DNA from: Squalus acanthias
Lineage: Eukaryota
Assembly: GCA_030390025.1 (NCBI GenBank)
Contig: CM059431.1
Span: forward strand, 152,150,001 to 152,214,000
Reading direction: 5' to 3'
DNA: 64,000 nucleotides
In this document: positions 11,737 through 25,232 of the stretch, piece by piece
How positions within the stretch are numbered: position 1 is the first letter of the stretch
Layout: every line of letters begins with the position of its first letter
Notes under the pieces: generated by a model
What the model was told of the DNA's origin: nothing
The model's database searches: none
The model's input: only the letters and a program-made list of their open reading frames with translations
Program-made: the position numbers and the translations under genes

Positions 11737-13720
11737 CAGAAGTATAAACATAGGAGCCTGTGAGTGCAGCATGCACAGAGTGCAGTGAGCACATAGTTAA
11801 CAACTGGGAGTTTGGTAAGTGTGGGATTTTTAAGGGTTAATCTCTTTTAAATTTCTTTTAAAATCTAGAGTAAATAGCTAGCAGCTCTTAAGTAAGATTA
11901 ACTGTTTAAGTTAAAATTTAAACTTTAAATCTTTAAATTTCATCCGGATTAAGCAGAGACAAACAAGCAAGGTCTCCAGCTGGAAAGCTGCTGTAGTTAA
12001 TTAGCTAACCAGATTAAACTGGTTCCTGAAACAGTAGCAGAGAAGTGCTGCCTCATCTGCGCTACAAAAAGTATAAACACAGGGGCCTGTGAGTGCAGCC
12101 AGCACTGAGTGCAATGAGCACTGAGTGAACAAATGGGAGTTTGTTAAGTGTGGGTGCTTGGTGAAGTGGGTGTAGGAGGTGCTTGCTTTCCTAACTTCTC
12201 CCGCAGAGCAGCGGCGGACCTGAGCAGGAGCAGACCGAGGCCCGGGAGCAGGGATAAAAGCAGCAGCAGAACTGCAACAACAAGTGAAAATGGCAGTGTG
12301 ATGTCACAGATAAGGCAGGTAATTAATTGTTAGTGACTGTGGGATAAGTTTTAAGTTAACAAATAGCATATAAATAAATTTTAAAAACTAAACTTAATTT
12401 AATTAATTTAATAAACTAAACGAGGTAAATAATTTTATTAACAATAAACTAATTAATTAAATAAATAAAATAATGGCAGAACAGGAGATGAGTTCCTGCT
12501 GCAATATGTGGGAGTTCTGGACATTTTTGTCCAGGGCGACTACATCTGTGGTCAGTGTCTGTAGCTCGAGGGACTTCGTTGGGGAGGTATGCTAGTACTG
12601 TTTGGGCGGGGGGTGGGGGGATGTTAAACTAACTTGGCAGGGGGATGGGATACGGAGTGGAGCTAGAGTAGTGGGCGAGGCACAGAAAAATATCGAGTAA
12701 AAAAACAAGTCATCCTGGAAGGCAGAGAAAATATGTAACGGCACAAGGCAGTATGGCAAGGCTGGATGGCATTTAGCTATTCGAGCCAGCATGTAGAAAA
12801 TCCGACAAGAGAGGGGGAGTTACTGGACTGAATTCTAGGGAATGTAGCCTGGCAAATGGTCGAAGTGTAACTAGGAGAACATTTTGGTGACAGCGACCAT
12901 AATTCGGTGAGATTTAAGTTAGTCATGGCAAAGGACAAAGATGGACCGGAAATAAAGGTTCTAAATTGGGGGAAGTCCGATTTTAATATAATAAGGCAGG
13001 ATCTGGCAAAAGTGGACTGGGATGAGCTACTTGTAGGAAAATCCACATCAGACCAGTGGCAGTCTTTCAGAAAGGAAATGGAGAGAGTACAACGCCCACC
13101 TGTTCCCTTGCCGGTCAAGGATGGGACCAACAATCCCAGGGAACCCTGGATGTCAAGGGATATGCAAGAATCGTTTAGGAAGAAAAGGGAGGCTTTTGGA
13201 AGATACCAAGGACTAAAAACAGTGGAAGCCCTAGTGGAGTATAGAAAGTGCAGTGGGGTACTTAAAAAAGCAATTAGGAGAGCGAAGAGGGGGCATGAAA
13301 AAACACTGACAAGCAAAATAAAGGAAAATCCCAAGGTGTTTTACAAGTATATTAAGGGCAAGAGGATAATCAGGGAAAGAGTAGGGCCCATTAGCGATCA
13401 AAGTGACAATCTATGTGTAGAGCTGGAAGATTTAGGTGAGGTTTTAAATGAATATTTTGCATCTGTGTTCACTATGGAGAAGGACGATGTCGGCTGAGAA
13501 ATCAGGCAGGGGGACTGTGATATGATTCAACAAATTAGTCTTGAGAGGGAGCAGGTACTAGCGGTTTTAGCGGGCAATAAAGTGGATTAATCCCCAGGCC
13601 CTGACGAGATGTATCCCAGGCAGCCGTGTGAGGCAAGGGACGAGATTGCAGGGGCTCTGACACAAATTTTCATAAGCTCTCTGGCCACAGGGTAGATGCC
13701 AGTGGACTGGAGAACAGCTA

Positions 13721-16700
13721 AAAGCAAAAGATAGGAAGGAGAAAAACAAAATTCCACTCAGAGAAAACAACTGTTTCAATCAAACATGGCCACAGTAAAT
13801 ACTAATTCTAATAGGTCTAAGAGCGTTAAAAAAACAAGCCTGAAGGCTTTGTGTCTTAATGCAAGGAGCATTCGGAACAAGGTGGATAATTAGCTGCGCA
13901 AATAGAGGTAAACGAATATGATTTGATTGGGATTACCGAAACATGGCTCCAGGGTGGCCAAGGCTTGGAACTTAATATCCAGGGGTACTCAATATCGAGG
14001 GAAGATAGGCAAAAAGGAAAGGGATTGGGGTAGCATTGCTGGTTAAAGAGCGGATTAACACAATTGAAAGGATATAAGATCTGATGAAGCGGAATCTGTA
14101 TGGGTGGAACTGATAAATAACAAGGGGCAGAAAACGTGAGTGGGAGTGATATATAGACCTCCAAACAGTAATGCGGAGGTTGGGGATGGCATAACAAGGG
14201 AAATTAGAGAGCGTCCAATCAGGACACAGCAGTCATCTTGGGTGACATTAATCTAAATATAGATTGGGCTAACCAAATTAGTAACAATACAATGGAGGAG
14301 GAATTCCTGGAGTGTTTACGGGATGGTTTCAGGACCAATATGTCAAGGAACCAAGCAGAGATCAGGTCATCTTAGACTGGGTATTATGCAATGAGAAAGG
14401 ATTAATTAGCAATCTTGTTGTGCGAGGCCCCTTGGGTCGGAGCGATCATAATATGATCGAATTCTTCATTAGGTGGGAGAGTGAAGTAGTTGACTCGGAG
14501 ACTAGGGTACTGAATTTAAATAAAGGAAACTTCGATGGTATGAGGTGTGAGTTGGGTGGGATTGATTGGGGAATGTCACTGAAAGGGTTGACGGTGGAGA
14601 GGCAATGGCAAACATTCAAAGACCGCATGGACGAACTACAGAATTTGTTCATCCCAGTTTGGCATAAGAATAAAACAAAAAGGGTGACTCAACAATGGCT
14701 AACAAGGGGAATTAGGGATAGCATAAGATCCAAGGAGAGGGCATATAAATTGACAGAAAAATTAGTAACACTGTGGATTGGGAGCAGTTTAAGATTCCAC
14801 AAAGGAGGACAAAGGGATTAATTAAGAAGGGGAAAATAGAATACGAGAGTAAGCTTGCAGGGAACATAAAAACTGACTGTAAAATCTTTTATTGATATGT
14901 GAAGAGAAAAAGATTAGTGAAATCAAGCATAGATCCCTTGCAGTCAGAATCAGGGGAACTTATGATGGGGAACAAAGAAATGGCAGACCAATTAAATACA
15001 TATTTTGGTTCTGTCTTCACAAAGGAGGACACAAATAACCTCCCAGAGATGTTGGGGAACATAGGGTCTGATGAAACGGAGGAACTGAAAGAAATCAGAA
15101 TTTGTGGGAAATGGTGTTAGGGAAATTGAAGGGATTGAAGGCCGATAAATGCCCAAGGCCTGATAATCTACATCCTAGGGTACTTAAGGAAGTGGCCCTA
15201 GAAACAGTAGATGCTTTGCTGATCATCATCCAACATTCGATGGAATCTGGAACAGTACCCTTGGATTGGAGGGTAGCTAATGTTACCCCACTATTCAAAA
15301 ACGGTGGTAGAGAGAAAACGGGGAATTACAGACCGGTAAGCCTGACATCGGTAGTGGGGAAAATGCTAGAGTTCATTATAAAAGATGTAATAGCTGAGCA
15401 CTTGAAAAACAGTGACAGGATCGGACAAAGTCAACATGTATTTACAAAAGGTAAATCATGCTTGACTAATCTATTGGAATTTTTTGAGGATGTAACTGGT
15501 AAAATAGATAAGTAAGAACAAGAGGATGTGGTGTATTTGGACTTCCAAAAGGCTTCTGATAAGTTCCCGCATAAGAGATTAGCGTGTAAAGTTAAGGCAC
15601 ATGAGATTGGGGGCAAGGTATTGACTTGGATAGAGAACTGGTTGGCAGACAGAAAGCAAAGAGTTGCAATAAACGGGTATTCTTCCGAGTGGCAGGCAGT
15701 GACTAGTGGGGTAACGCAGGGATCGGTCCTTGGACCCCAGCTATTCATAATATATATTAATGATCTAGACAAGGGAACTAGATGTAATATCTCCAAGTTT
15801 GCAGACGACACAAAACTGGGTGTGCGTGTGTGCTGCGAGGAGGATGCCGAGAAACTCCAGGATGATTTGGACAGGTTGGGTGATTGGGCAGAAGCATGGC
15901 AGATGCAATATAACGTGGATAAATGCGAGGTTATCCACTTTGGTGTCAAAAACAGAAAGGCAGATTATTATCTGAATAGCAATAGATTAGGAGAAGGGGA
16001 AGTGCAACGAGACCTGGGTGTCCTTGTGCACCAGTCGCTGAAGGTAAGAATGCAGGTGCAGCAGGCGGTTAAGAAGGCAAATGGTATGTTGGCCTTCATA
16101 GCGAGAGGGTTTGAGTACAGGAACAAGGATGGCTTGCTGCAATTGTACAGGGCCTTGGTGAGACCACACCTTGAGTACTGTGTACAGTTTTGATCGCCTT
16201 ATCTGCGAAAGGATGTTCTTGCCATGGAAAGAGTTCAGCGAAGATTCACAAGGCTGATACCTGGGATGGCAGGAATGACGTATGAAGAGAGATTGGGTAA
16301 ATTGGGCTTATACTCGCTGTAGTTTAGAAGAATGAGAGGGGATCTCATAGAAACTTATAAAATTCTGACAGGACAGGACAAACTAGATGCAGGAAGGATG
16401 TTCCCGATGGTCGGGGAGTCCAGAACCAGGGGTCACAGTCTAAGGATAAGGGGTAAGCCATTTAGGACAGAAATGAGGAGGAATTTACTCACCCAGAGAG
16501 TGGTGAACCTGTGGAATTCTCTGCCACAGAAGGCAGTAGAGGCCAATTCATTAAATAGATTCAAGAAGGAGTTGGATACATTTCTTAAGGCTAAAGGGAT
16601 CAAGAGATATGGGGAGAAAGCAGGGACAGGGTACTGAATTTGGCTGATCAGCCATGATCGCATTAAATGGTTGAGCAGGCTAGAGGGGCCGAATGGCCTA

Positions 16701-16734
16701 CTCCTGCACCTATATTCTATGATTCTATGATTCT
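13721..16734 (+). mobile_element. Innermost CR1 with an almost complete but disrupted ORF2
   Basis: EN and RT frames (GVTQGSVLGP, KFADDTKL) and an (ATTCTATG)n tail. Confidence 0.88.
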
Positions 16735-17786
16735 AACGTAGTATCATTATTCAAGAAGGGGAGTAGGGATAAAGCAGTGAATTATAGGCCAGTGAGCCTA
16801 ACATCAGTGCTAGGGAAATTATTGGGAACAATTCTGAGGGACTGAATCAGTCTCCACTTGCAGAGGCAAGGATTAATCAAGGATAGTGAGCATGACTTTG
16901 TCAGGGGAGATCATGTCTAACCAATTTGTTTGAATTTTTCGAGGTGATGACTAGGTGTGTTGATGAGGGTAGTGCAGTTGATGTAGTCTACATGGACTTC
17001 AGTATGGTTTTTAAAAAATCCCACATGGGAGACTGGTCAAGTTGTTCAGAGCCCATGGGATCCAGGGCAATTAGTCACATTGGATCCAAAATTGACTTAG
17101 TGGCAGAAGGCAGAGGGTGATGGTCGAAGGTTATTTTTATGACTGGAAGCCTGTTTCCAGTGGTGTACCGCAGGGATCGGTGCTGGGTCCTTTGCTGTTT
17201 TCGGTGTACATTAATGATTTATATATGAATTTAGGAGGTATGATCAGTAAGTTCGCAGATGACACGAAAATTGGTGGAGTGGTAAATAGCAAGGAGGGAA
17301 GCCTCAGTCTACAGGACGATATATATCGGTTGGTTAGATGGTCAGAACAGTGGGAAATTAAATTTAACCCTGAAAGTGTGAGGTGATGCATTTTGGAAGT
17401 ACTGACAAGCAATGGAATACACAATACATTGCAGGACCTCAGGAGAGACAGAGGATCAGAGGGATCTTGGTGTGCATGTACATAGATCCCTGAAGGCAGC
17501 AGGACAGGTAGATAAGTTTGTTAAAAATCCATATGCTATACTTGCTTTCATTAGCAGAGGCTTAGAATATATGCGCAGGGAGGTTATGATGGAGCTGGAG
17601 AAAACGCTAGTTAGGCCACAGCTGGAATACTGTGTGCAGTTCTGGTCGACACAATATAGGAGGTATGTGATTGCATTGGAGAGGGTGCAGAGGAGATTTA
17701 AACCGGATGTTACCTGGGCTGGAGCGGTTCAGCTATGAAGAGAGACTGGACAGGCTGGAGTTGTTTTCCTTAGAGCAGCGAAGGCT

Positions 17787-19260
17787 TGTAAAGGAAATAG
17801 CCATATTCCAAAAGATACACCATCCAATGAACAGATTTCTGATATTATTCATACATGACAAACTGGGCTTAAAAGTCGGGAAAGCCTCGGCGACACAGGC
17901 TGCAAACACAATACAGGCTTTTGAGATAAGAACAGTTGATAACAAAAGCTGTAAATACCAAACAAGCTTTGAAATGGGAATTGCTTTGTAACTACTGATA
18001 CAAAGGCCTTTATGAAACAGAGGGTTGTAGGTTCCAAGGAGTCTACAGTTTGGAACAACGCAATACCATCACCCAGTTTAAAGTGTTAAAATCTAACACG
18101 TCAAACAGAAGATTATTAAAAACAACTGCCTTTGAAAAAATGACATCAACTAAAAGAAATACCTGCCGTAAAATAGTTTTATGTTAAACTTAGAACAAGG
18201 AGACATGATTCTTAATGCAATCAATTGAACTGAATGAGAAATGCAAAGAACACCCTAGATGAAGTGTTTTTGATTTAGAAATTGTAAAAGGTACAAACAA
18301 AACACTTTGAAGATATAATATCAGTAGATGACACCAAGCAATCACATTGTGTTTGTATTGAAAATGCAATAGTTAGGAGACACGACGTCTGCTCACAAGC
18401 AGTTAAGGTGATATTAAGAATTGAATAGAATGGCATCCGAAAAATAGCATAATAGATAAATCGATAATAAGCATAAAAATGATAAGTTTTTGAAAAACCT
18501 ATACAGCAGAAAGGATTCCAAAAGTTGGCAGCTGAAATGACAGTAAGATAGAAATTTATTCAATAGAGAATGACGAGAGAAAATTAGCTTACATCCGCAG
18601 AAAACGTCAAAGAATAAACCACTAAAAAAGGTAAAAAAATAAAGCTTTTCAGATAGAGAGTCAGAAGTCGCTTGGAAGGAGCAGAGTGATTCTTGCCTTT
18701 ACAACCACTCTGTAGGCCTGCAACTCTGAGTCTCGTGTAATCAAGTTATTTGATTTTGGTGGATATTCTGGATTAAGAAATAAGTAGAAGTGTGGAAATG
18801 TAACGAAGTTAAGATCTGAGAATAATGATCTCTGAGAAGAAATGTAAGCTATTTGTATTTTGAACGGTTAAAGTTAGGATTGCCATACCAGCTGTCAACT
18901 AAATCTCGGTTCTGTAATAAATATATATATTGTTAAAATTGTCTCACAGAGTAATTTCTGTATCACTCTTGCGAACTCAATTTCTGTACTCTTTTCAGAG
19001 AGGAGTTGCAGAATTCTGGGGGGTTTTCCGGACCCTCATAATATCCGGAAGGTTACAGTCTAGTTAAAATTGTTAAAAGTGCTATCGGTGACATGTTCAG
19101 GCCGTTCCTTTCCTTTAGAGAGAGATAGTCTGAACCTTTAGACCCAATTAAGCGACTCTAGGATTCTGCTACCGCTAACTTTAGTTGAAGGTCAACGCCT
19201 GGGGAATACGTCTGATCTGGGGTACCCCGAAAAGGGCTAGGAATAGTAATTATCCCTTCA
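17787..19260 (+). mobile_element. Long solo LTR (1474 bp)
   Basis: TGTAAAGG...CCCTTCA termini interrupt a CR1 frame. 4-bp TSD GGCT/GGCA (one mismatch); AATAAA at 18916. Confidence 0.75.
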
Positions 19261-22200
19261 GGCATAGGGGAGACCTGATTGAGGTGTACAAAATTATGAG
19301 GGGCATGGTAAGGTTAGATAGAAAGGAACTTTTCCCTTTAGTAGAGGGTTCAATAACCAGGGGGCTTGGTTTCAAGGTAAGGGGCAGGAGGTTTAGAGGG
19401 GATTTGAGGAAAAACGTTTTTACCCAGTGGGTTGTTGGAATGTGGAACTCACTGCCTGAAAGGGTGGTAGAGGCAGGAACCCTCACAACATTCAAGAAGC
19501 ATTTAGATGAGAACTTGAAACGCCATAGCATACAAGGCTGCGGACCAAGTGCTGGAAAATGGGATTAGAATAGACAGGGCTTGATGGCTGGTGCAGACAC
19601 GATGGGCCGAAGGGCCTCTTTCGGTGCTGTATGACTCTATCACTCTCTGACTCTATGAACTGAGGAGCTGGAGTTCGAGGTGCTGACATTGTGACACATC
19701 AGGGAAGGAGAAATTTACCTGGACATTTTGCTTCAGGAGGCAGCCACTCCCCGCAGATTAAATACTTCAGAATTGACACGTGGTCAGGGACAGGCGGGTG
19801 TGACTGCGAGTGAGGCAAGTACGGGGATCCAGGAGGTAGTATTGCAGGAGCCTCAGACCCTGCACTTGTCCAATAGATTCGAGGTTCTTTCAACCCTTGT
19901 GGACAAGTGCGGGGAATGCGGGGAGGTCGTGCAAACTGACCACTGCACCGTGGTACAGGTAGCCGTTCAAGTGAGGAGTGTAAAAAGGAATGTGGTTGTA
20001 CTAGGTGACAGTATAGTTAAGGGGATAGACACTGTTCTCAGCAGCCAGGAGCGTGAGTCCTGAAGGCTATGTTGCCTACCCGGTGCCAGGGTGAAGGACA
20101 TCTCCTCCGGACTGGAGAAGAACTTGGAGTGGGAGGGGGATGATCCAGTTGTCGTGGTCCAATAGGTACCAACGACATAGGTAAGACAAAGCAAGAGGTT
20201 CTGCTGAGAGATTTTGAGCAGCAAGGGACTAAATTAAAAAGCAGAACCACAAAGGTCATAAACTCTGGATTATTACTGGAGCCACGAGCAAATTGGCCTA
20301 GGATCAATAGGATCAGGGAGATGTATGCGTGGCTCAAAGATTGGTGTGGGAGAAGTGGGTTTCGATTCGTGGGACACTGGCACCAGTACTGGGGAAAGAT
20401 GTGTTCCGTTGGGAAGGACTACACCTGAGCCTTGCTGGGACCAGAGTTCTAGCAAATCGAATCACTAATGAGGTAGATAGAAATTTCAACTAAATAAGGG
20501 GTGGGGAGAGGGTCCCCGTGGAGAAAAATCTAGAATGCTAACGAGAAAAGACAAGGAAGCAGTGCAGGAAAGTGATTGAGGTAAGGGTAATCAGATTGTC
20601 TTACGAAGGGACAGAGCGTAGAAACAAAGGAGTACACTAACAAATAGGGTCCGGTAAGATAAAATGTTAAGGCAAATAAGGCCGCAGTAGAAAAAAAGTT
20701 AAGTTGTCTAAAAATGTTTAAAAAAATAATCTAAAGGCACTGCATCTGAATGCACGAAGCATTCGTAATAAGGTAGACGAATTATCAACGCAAATAGATG
20801 TAAACGGATACAATATGATTGCGCTTACGGAGACATGGCTGCAGGGTGACCAAGTCTGGGAGCTGAACATTCAAGGATATTCGATATATAGGAAGTACAG
20901 GCAAAAGGAAGAAGGAGGTGGGGTGACGTTGTTAGTAAAGGATGAAATCCGAGCAATCGCGAGAAAGGATATTGTTTACAGAAAATCAAAATGTAGAATC
21001 TGTCTGGGTGGAGCTTAGAATCACCAAAGGGCAGAAAACATTGGTGGGAGTCTTCTATAGGCCTTCAAAGAGTAGTGGTAATGTAGGGGATGGCACCAGA
21101 CAGGAAATTAGAGATGCATGTAACAAGGGTACTGCAGTAATTATGGGTGACTTTAATCTACCTATAGACTGGCCAAACCAAATTAGGAATAATACTGTGG
21201 AGGATGAATTCCTGGAGTTTGTACGAGATGTTTTTTTAGAGCAGAACGTTGAGGAGTCAACTAGGGAACAGGCTATCCTAGATTGGAAATTGTGCAATGA
21301 GAAGATGTTAATTAATAATCTTGTTGTGCGGGCTCGTTTAGGGAAGATTGACCATAACATGATAGCATTCTTCACTAAGATGGAAAGTGAAAAATTCAAT
21401 CCGAAACTAGGCTCCTAAATCTAAACAAAGGAAATTACGAAGGTATGTGGAGTGAGTTGTCTATGATAGATTGGGAATCTGCATTAAAAGGCATGACGGT
21501 GGATAGGCAATGTCTAACATATGAGGAAGAATGCATGAATTGCAACAGTTATACATTCCTATCTGGCGCAAAAACACAAATGGAAAACAGCCAAACTATG
21601 GATAACAAAATAAATTAAGGATAGTATTTGATCCAAAGAGGAGTCATATAAAGTTGCCAAAAAAGTAGCAAGCCTGAGGATTGGGAGCAGTTTAGAGTTC
21701 AGCAAAAATGACCAAGTGATTGATTAAGAGGGGAACAATAAAGTATGAGATTAAATTTGCAAGGACCTTAAAAGCGGATTGTAAAAGCTTTTACAAGTAT
21801 GTAAAAATAAAAAGATTAGTGAAGACAAATGTAAGTCCCTTACACTCAGAAATGGGACAATTTATAAAGGGGAACAAGGACATGGCAGAGCAATTGAACA
21901 AATACTTTTCTTCTGACTTCTTGGAAGAGGACACAAATAACATCCCAGAAATGCTAGGGAAACAAGGGTCCAGTGAGAAGGAGGATTTAAAGGGAATTTG
22001 TATTCGTAAAATAATAGTGCTGGGGACATTAATGGGTCTGAAAGCCGAAAACTCCCCAGGGCCTCATAATTTGCATCCCAGAGTACTAAAAGAGTAGCCA
22101 TGGAAATAGTGGATGCATTGGTTGTCATCTACCAAAATTCTAGAGAATATGGCACAGATCCCACAGATTGGAGGGTGGCAAATATAACCCCACTATTTAA

Positions 22201-22479
22201 AAAAGCAGTGAGAGAGAAAACAGGGAACAACAGATCGGTTAGCCTAGCAGCAGTAGTAAGAAGAATGCTAGAGTCTATTATAAAGGATGTGATAACAGGA
22301 CACTTAGAAAATATCAACGCGATTAGACAAAGTCACCATGGATTTATGAAAGGGAAAACGTGTTTGACAAGTCTACTGGAGTTTTTTGAGGATGTAACTG
22401 ATAGACTAGATAAGGGAGAACCAGTGTATGTGGTGTATTTGGATTTTCCGAAGGCCTTTGAAAAAGTCCCACAAAAGAG

Positions 22480-23630
22480 TGAATGGATAATTACTACTAG
22501 TCCAAGCCGTTTTAGGGCTACCCCGGATCAGGCATATTTCCCAGATGTTCACTTTCAATTAAAGTTTGAAGTAGCCGAATCCTAAAGACGGTTAATTGGA
22601 TCTAAAATTCCGGGCTATCTCTCCCTAAAGGAAAGGAAAAACCGAGAATGTCACCGTCATCCAGATAGCACTTTTAATAAGTTTAGCTGGACTGTAACGT
22701 TCTGGATATTATGAGGGTCCGGAAAACTCCCTCAGAATTCTGCAACTTCCTCCCAAATAGTTTACAGAGATTGAGTTCGCGAGTTTTTGATACAGATGTC
22801 TTATGTGAGACAATTCTAAAAATATGTTGATTTATTTAATAACCGACATGCAATTTACAGATGTCGAGTTAATCAATCGCAACATTAACCATTCTAAAAA
22901 GAGAAAACATACGATTTTTTAATGGAGAATCTTATTTTCAAATTTTAACTTCGCTACAGTATTACAGTTCTTAAAGTTCTTTTACAGGATATCCACCAAT
23001 ATCAAATACCTTTGATCCCTCAGGTACAAAGAGTTGGAAACTACAGAGCCGCCTCTGAAGCTGAGAATTGCTTTGCCCGATTAAAGCGATTCTGTTATCC
23101 CATTTGAGCGTTCAATACTTATACCCTTTTCCAGGGGTATTTCCTGTAAGGATTTCTGCTGTTGCAAGCTAATTATCACTGGTCATTTTTCTGCTGACCT
23201 CTGCAAGTCTTGCTGCCACATCCGCTGGCAGCATTACAGAATCTTGTCTCATCTCTAGGTGTTCTAAGTTTACCATATAAAAACTGGGTGATGGCAGGTG
23301 TTCCATACTTTATGTCATCTTTACGAGTGCAGATGTTCCTTGGCTTATGTGTTTTTTTACGCAGTGTAAATTTGAAGACCTTATCCAGGGTGAACCATTT
23401 TTTCGTTCCAAAATGTTCAGCTTGTCAGAGCCCTTCACCTTCTGTTTCAATAAGGTGATTTATTCAGGTTCAACACCTGTCTTATCTCAATAGCCAGAAT
23501 GCTTTCTTAGCTATTTCAAGGTTAGCATTCCAAATTTCCAAACCCAGTTGGTCATGTTTTAATAAGGCCAGAATTCTTTCATAAAATAGTGTATTTTTTC
23601 CGAATAGGTTTAATGGCATAATCCTTCACA
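22480..23630 (-). mobile_element. Related solo LTR (1151 bp), inverted
   Basis: TG...CA termini and a perfect TSD AGAG (22476-79 and 23631-34). Both ends match the reverse complement of 17787-19260. Confidence 0.8.
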
Positions 23631-24757
23631 AGAGGTTAGTGCGCAAATTTAAAGCACATGGGATTGGGGTAATATTCTGGCATGGATTGAAAATTGATTA
23701 ACAGACAGGATACAGAGAGTAGGAACAAATGGTTCTTTTTCGGGGTGGCTTGCGGTGACTAGTGGGGTACCAGAGGGATCAGTGCTTGGACCCTAGCTAT
23801 TCACAATATATATCAATGACTAGGATGAGGGAACCTAATGTAATATTTCCAAGTTTGCTGACGATACGAAACTAAGTGGGATTGTGAGTTGTGAGCAGGA
23901 TGCAAAGAGGCTTCAATGCGATTTAACAAGTTGAGTTAATGGGCAAATACATGGCAGATGCAGTATTATGTGGATACATGTGAAGTAATTCATTTCGCTT
24001 GGAAAACAGAAAGGCAGAGCATTATTTAAATGGAGATAGATTGTGAAATGTTGATATACAGAGGGACTTGGGTGCCTTTGTACACGTGTCATTGAAAGCA
24101 AAGCAGTTAGCAAGGCATATCGTATGTTGGCCTTCATTGCAAGAGGATTTGAGTACAGGAGATAGGATGTCTTACTACAGTTATACAGGGCCTTGGTGAG
24201 ACCACAGCTGGAGTACAGTGAGCAATTTCGGTCTCCATACATAAGAAAGCATATACTTGCCATAGAGGGAGTGCAGCGAATGTTCACCAGTCTGATTCCT
24301 AGGATGGCAGGACTGTCGCATGAAGAGAGATTGGGTCGACTAGGCGTGTATTCTCGAGAGTTTAGAAGAATGAGAGGGGATCTCATTGAAACGTTAAAAA
24401 TTCTGACAAGGCTAGACAGACTGGATGCAGCGGAGATGTTTCCCCTGCCTGTTTGGCTCTAGAACGAGGGGGTCACAGTCTCAGGATACGGCATAAGTCA
24501 TTTAGGAATGAGATGAGGAGTAATTACTTCACTCAGAGATTGGTGAAGCTGTCGAATTCTCCACCACAGAAGGCTGTTGAAGCCAAGTCACTGAATATAT
24601 TTACGAAGTGGATAGATAGATTTCTAGACACAAAAGGCATCGAGTAGTATGGGGAGAGAGCGGGAATATGGTATTGAGATAGCTGATCAGCCATGATCAT
24701 ACTGAATTGCGGCGCAGGCTCGAAAATCCGAATGGCTCCTAGTTTTGTATGTTTCTA

Positions 24758-25232
24758 TGATAGGACACGCTCGATAATTGATAATATACGCTGTATAATT
24801 GATAATTTCTGCTTGATAATTGATAGGATACGCTTGATAATTGATAGGACACGATTGATAATTGATAATACCCGCTTGATAATTGATAATACACGCTTGA
24901 TAATTCAATATACCCGCTTGATAATTCATTGGACATGCTTGATTATTGATAATACGCGATTGATAATTGAAAATACACGCTGGATAATTGATTGGACATG
25001 ATTGATAATTGATAATACACGATTGATAATTGATAACACACGCTTGATTGTTGATAATACACGCTTTGTAACTGATAATTCACGCTTGATAATTTATAAT
25101 AACCGCTTGATAATTGATAATACACGCTTGATAATTGATAAGACATGCAGTATAATTAATAATACACGCTTAATAATAGAAAGGACTTGCATGATAATTG
25201 ATAATACACGCTTGATAATTTCTAGTACATGC
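24758..25232 (+). repeat. 21-bp minisatellite, right part of the same array
   Basis: Resumes right after a CR1 tail. Confidence 0.93.

Larger units (their letters stand above)
12580..19657 (+). mobile_element. CR1 nested in the outer CR1 (12580-13720 plus 16735-19657)
   Basis: Sequence rejoins across the inner insertion (gactggagaacagcta|acgtagta). (ACTCTATG)n-type tail at 19630-19657. Confidence 0.78.
11737..24757 (+). mobile_element. Near full-length CR1 (outer element: 11737-~12580 plus 19658-24757) inserted in the 21-bp array
   Basis: 5'UTR with a duplicated agtataaaca..gcctgtgagtgcagc block (11741, 12071). Cys-rich ORF1 start at ~12473; ORF1 esterase motif VVVLGDSIVKGID at ~19990; EN motifs (IALTETWL, MGDFN); RT; tail at ~24750. 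Confidence 0.8.

Noticed and set aside
13721..16734. Active LINE or host reverse-transcriptase gene
   Set aside because: Multiple stops and frameshifts; no intact ORF2 anywhere in the window.
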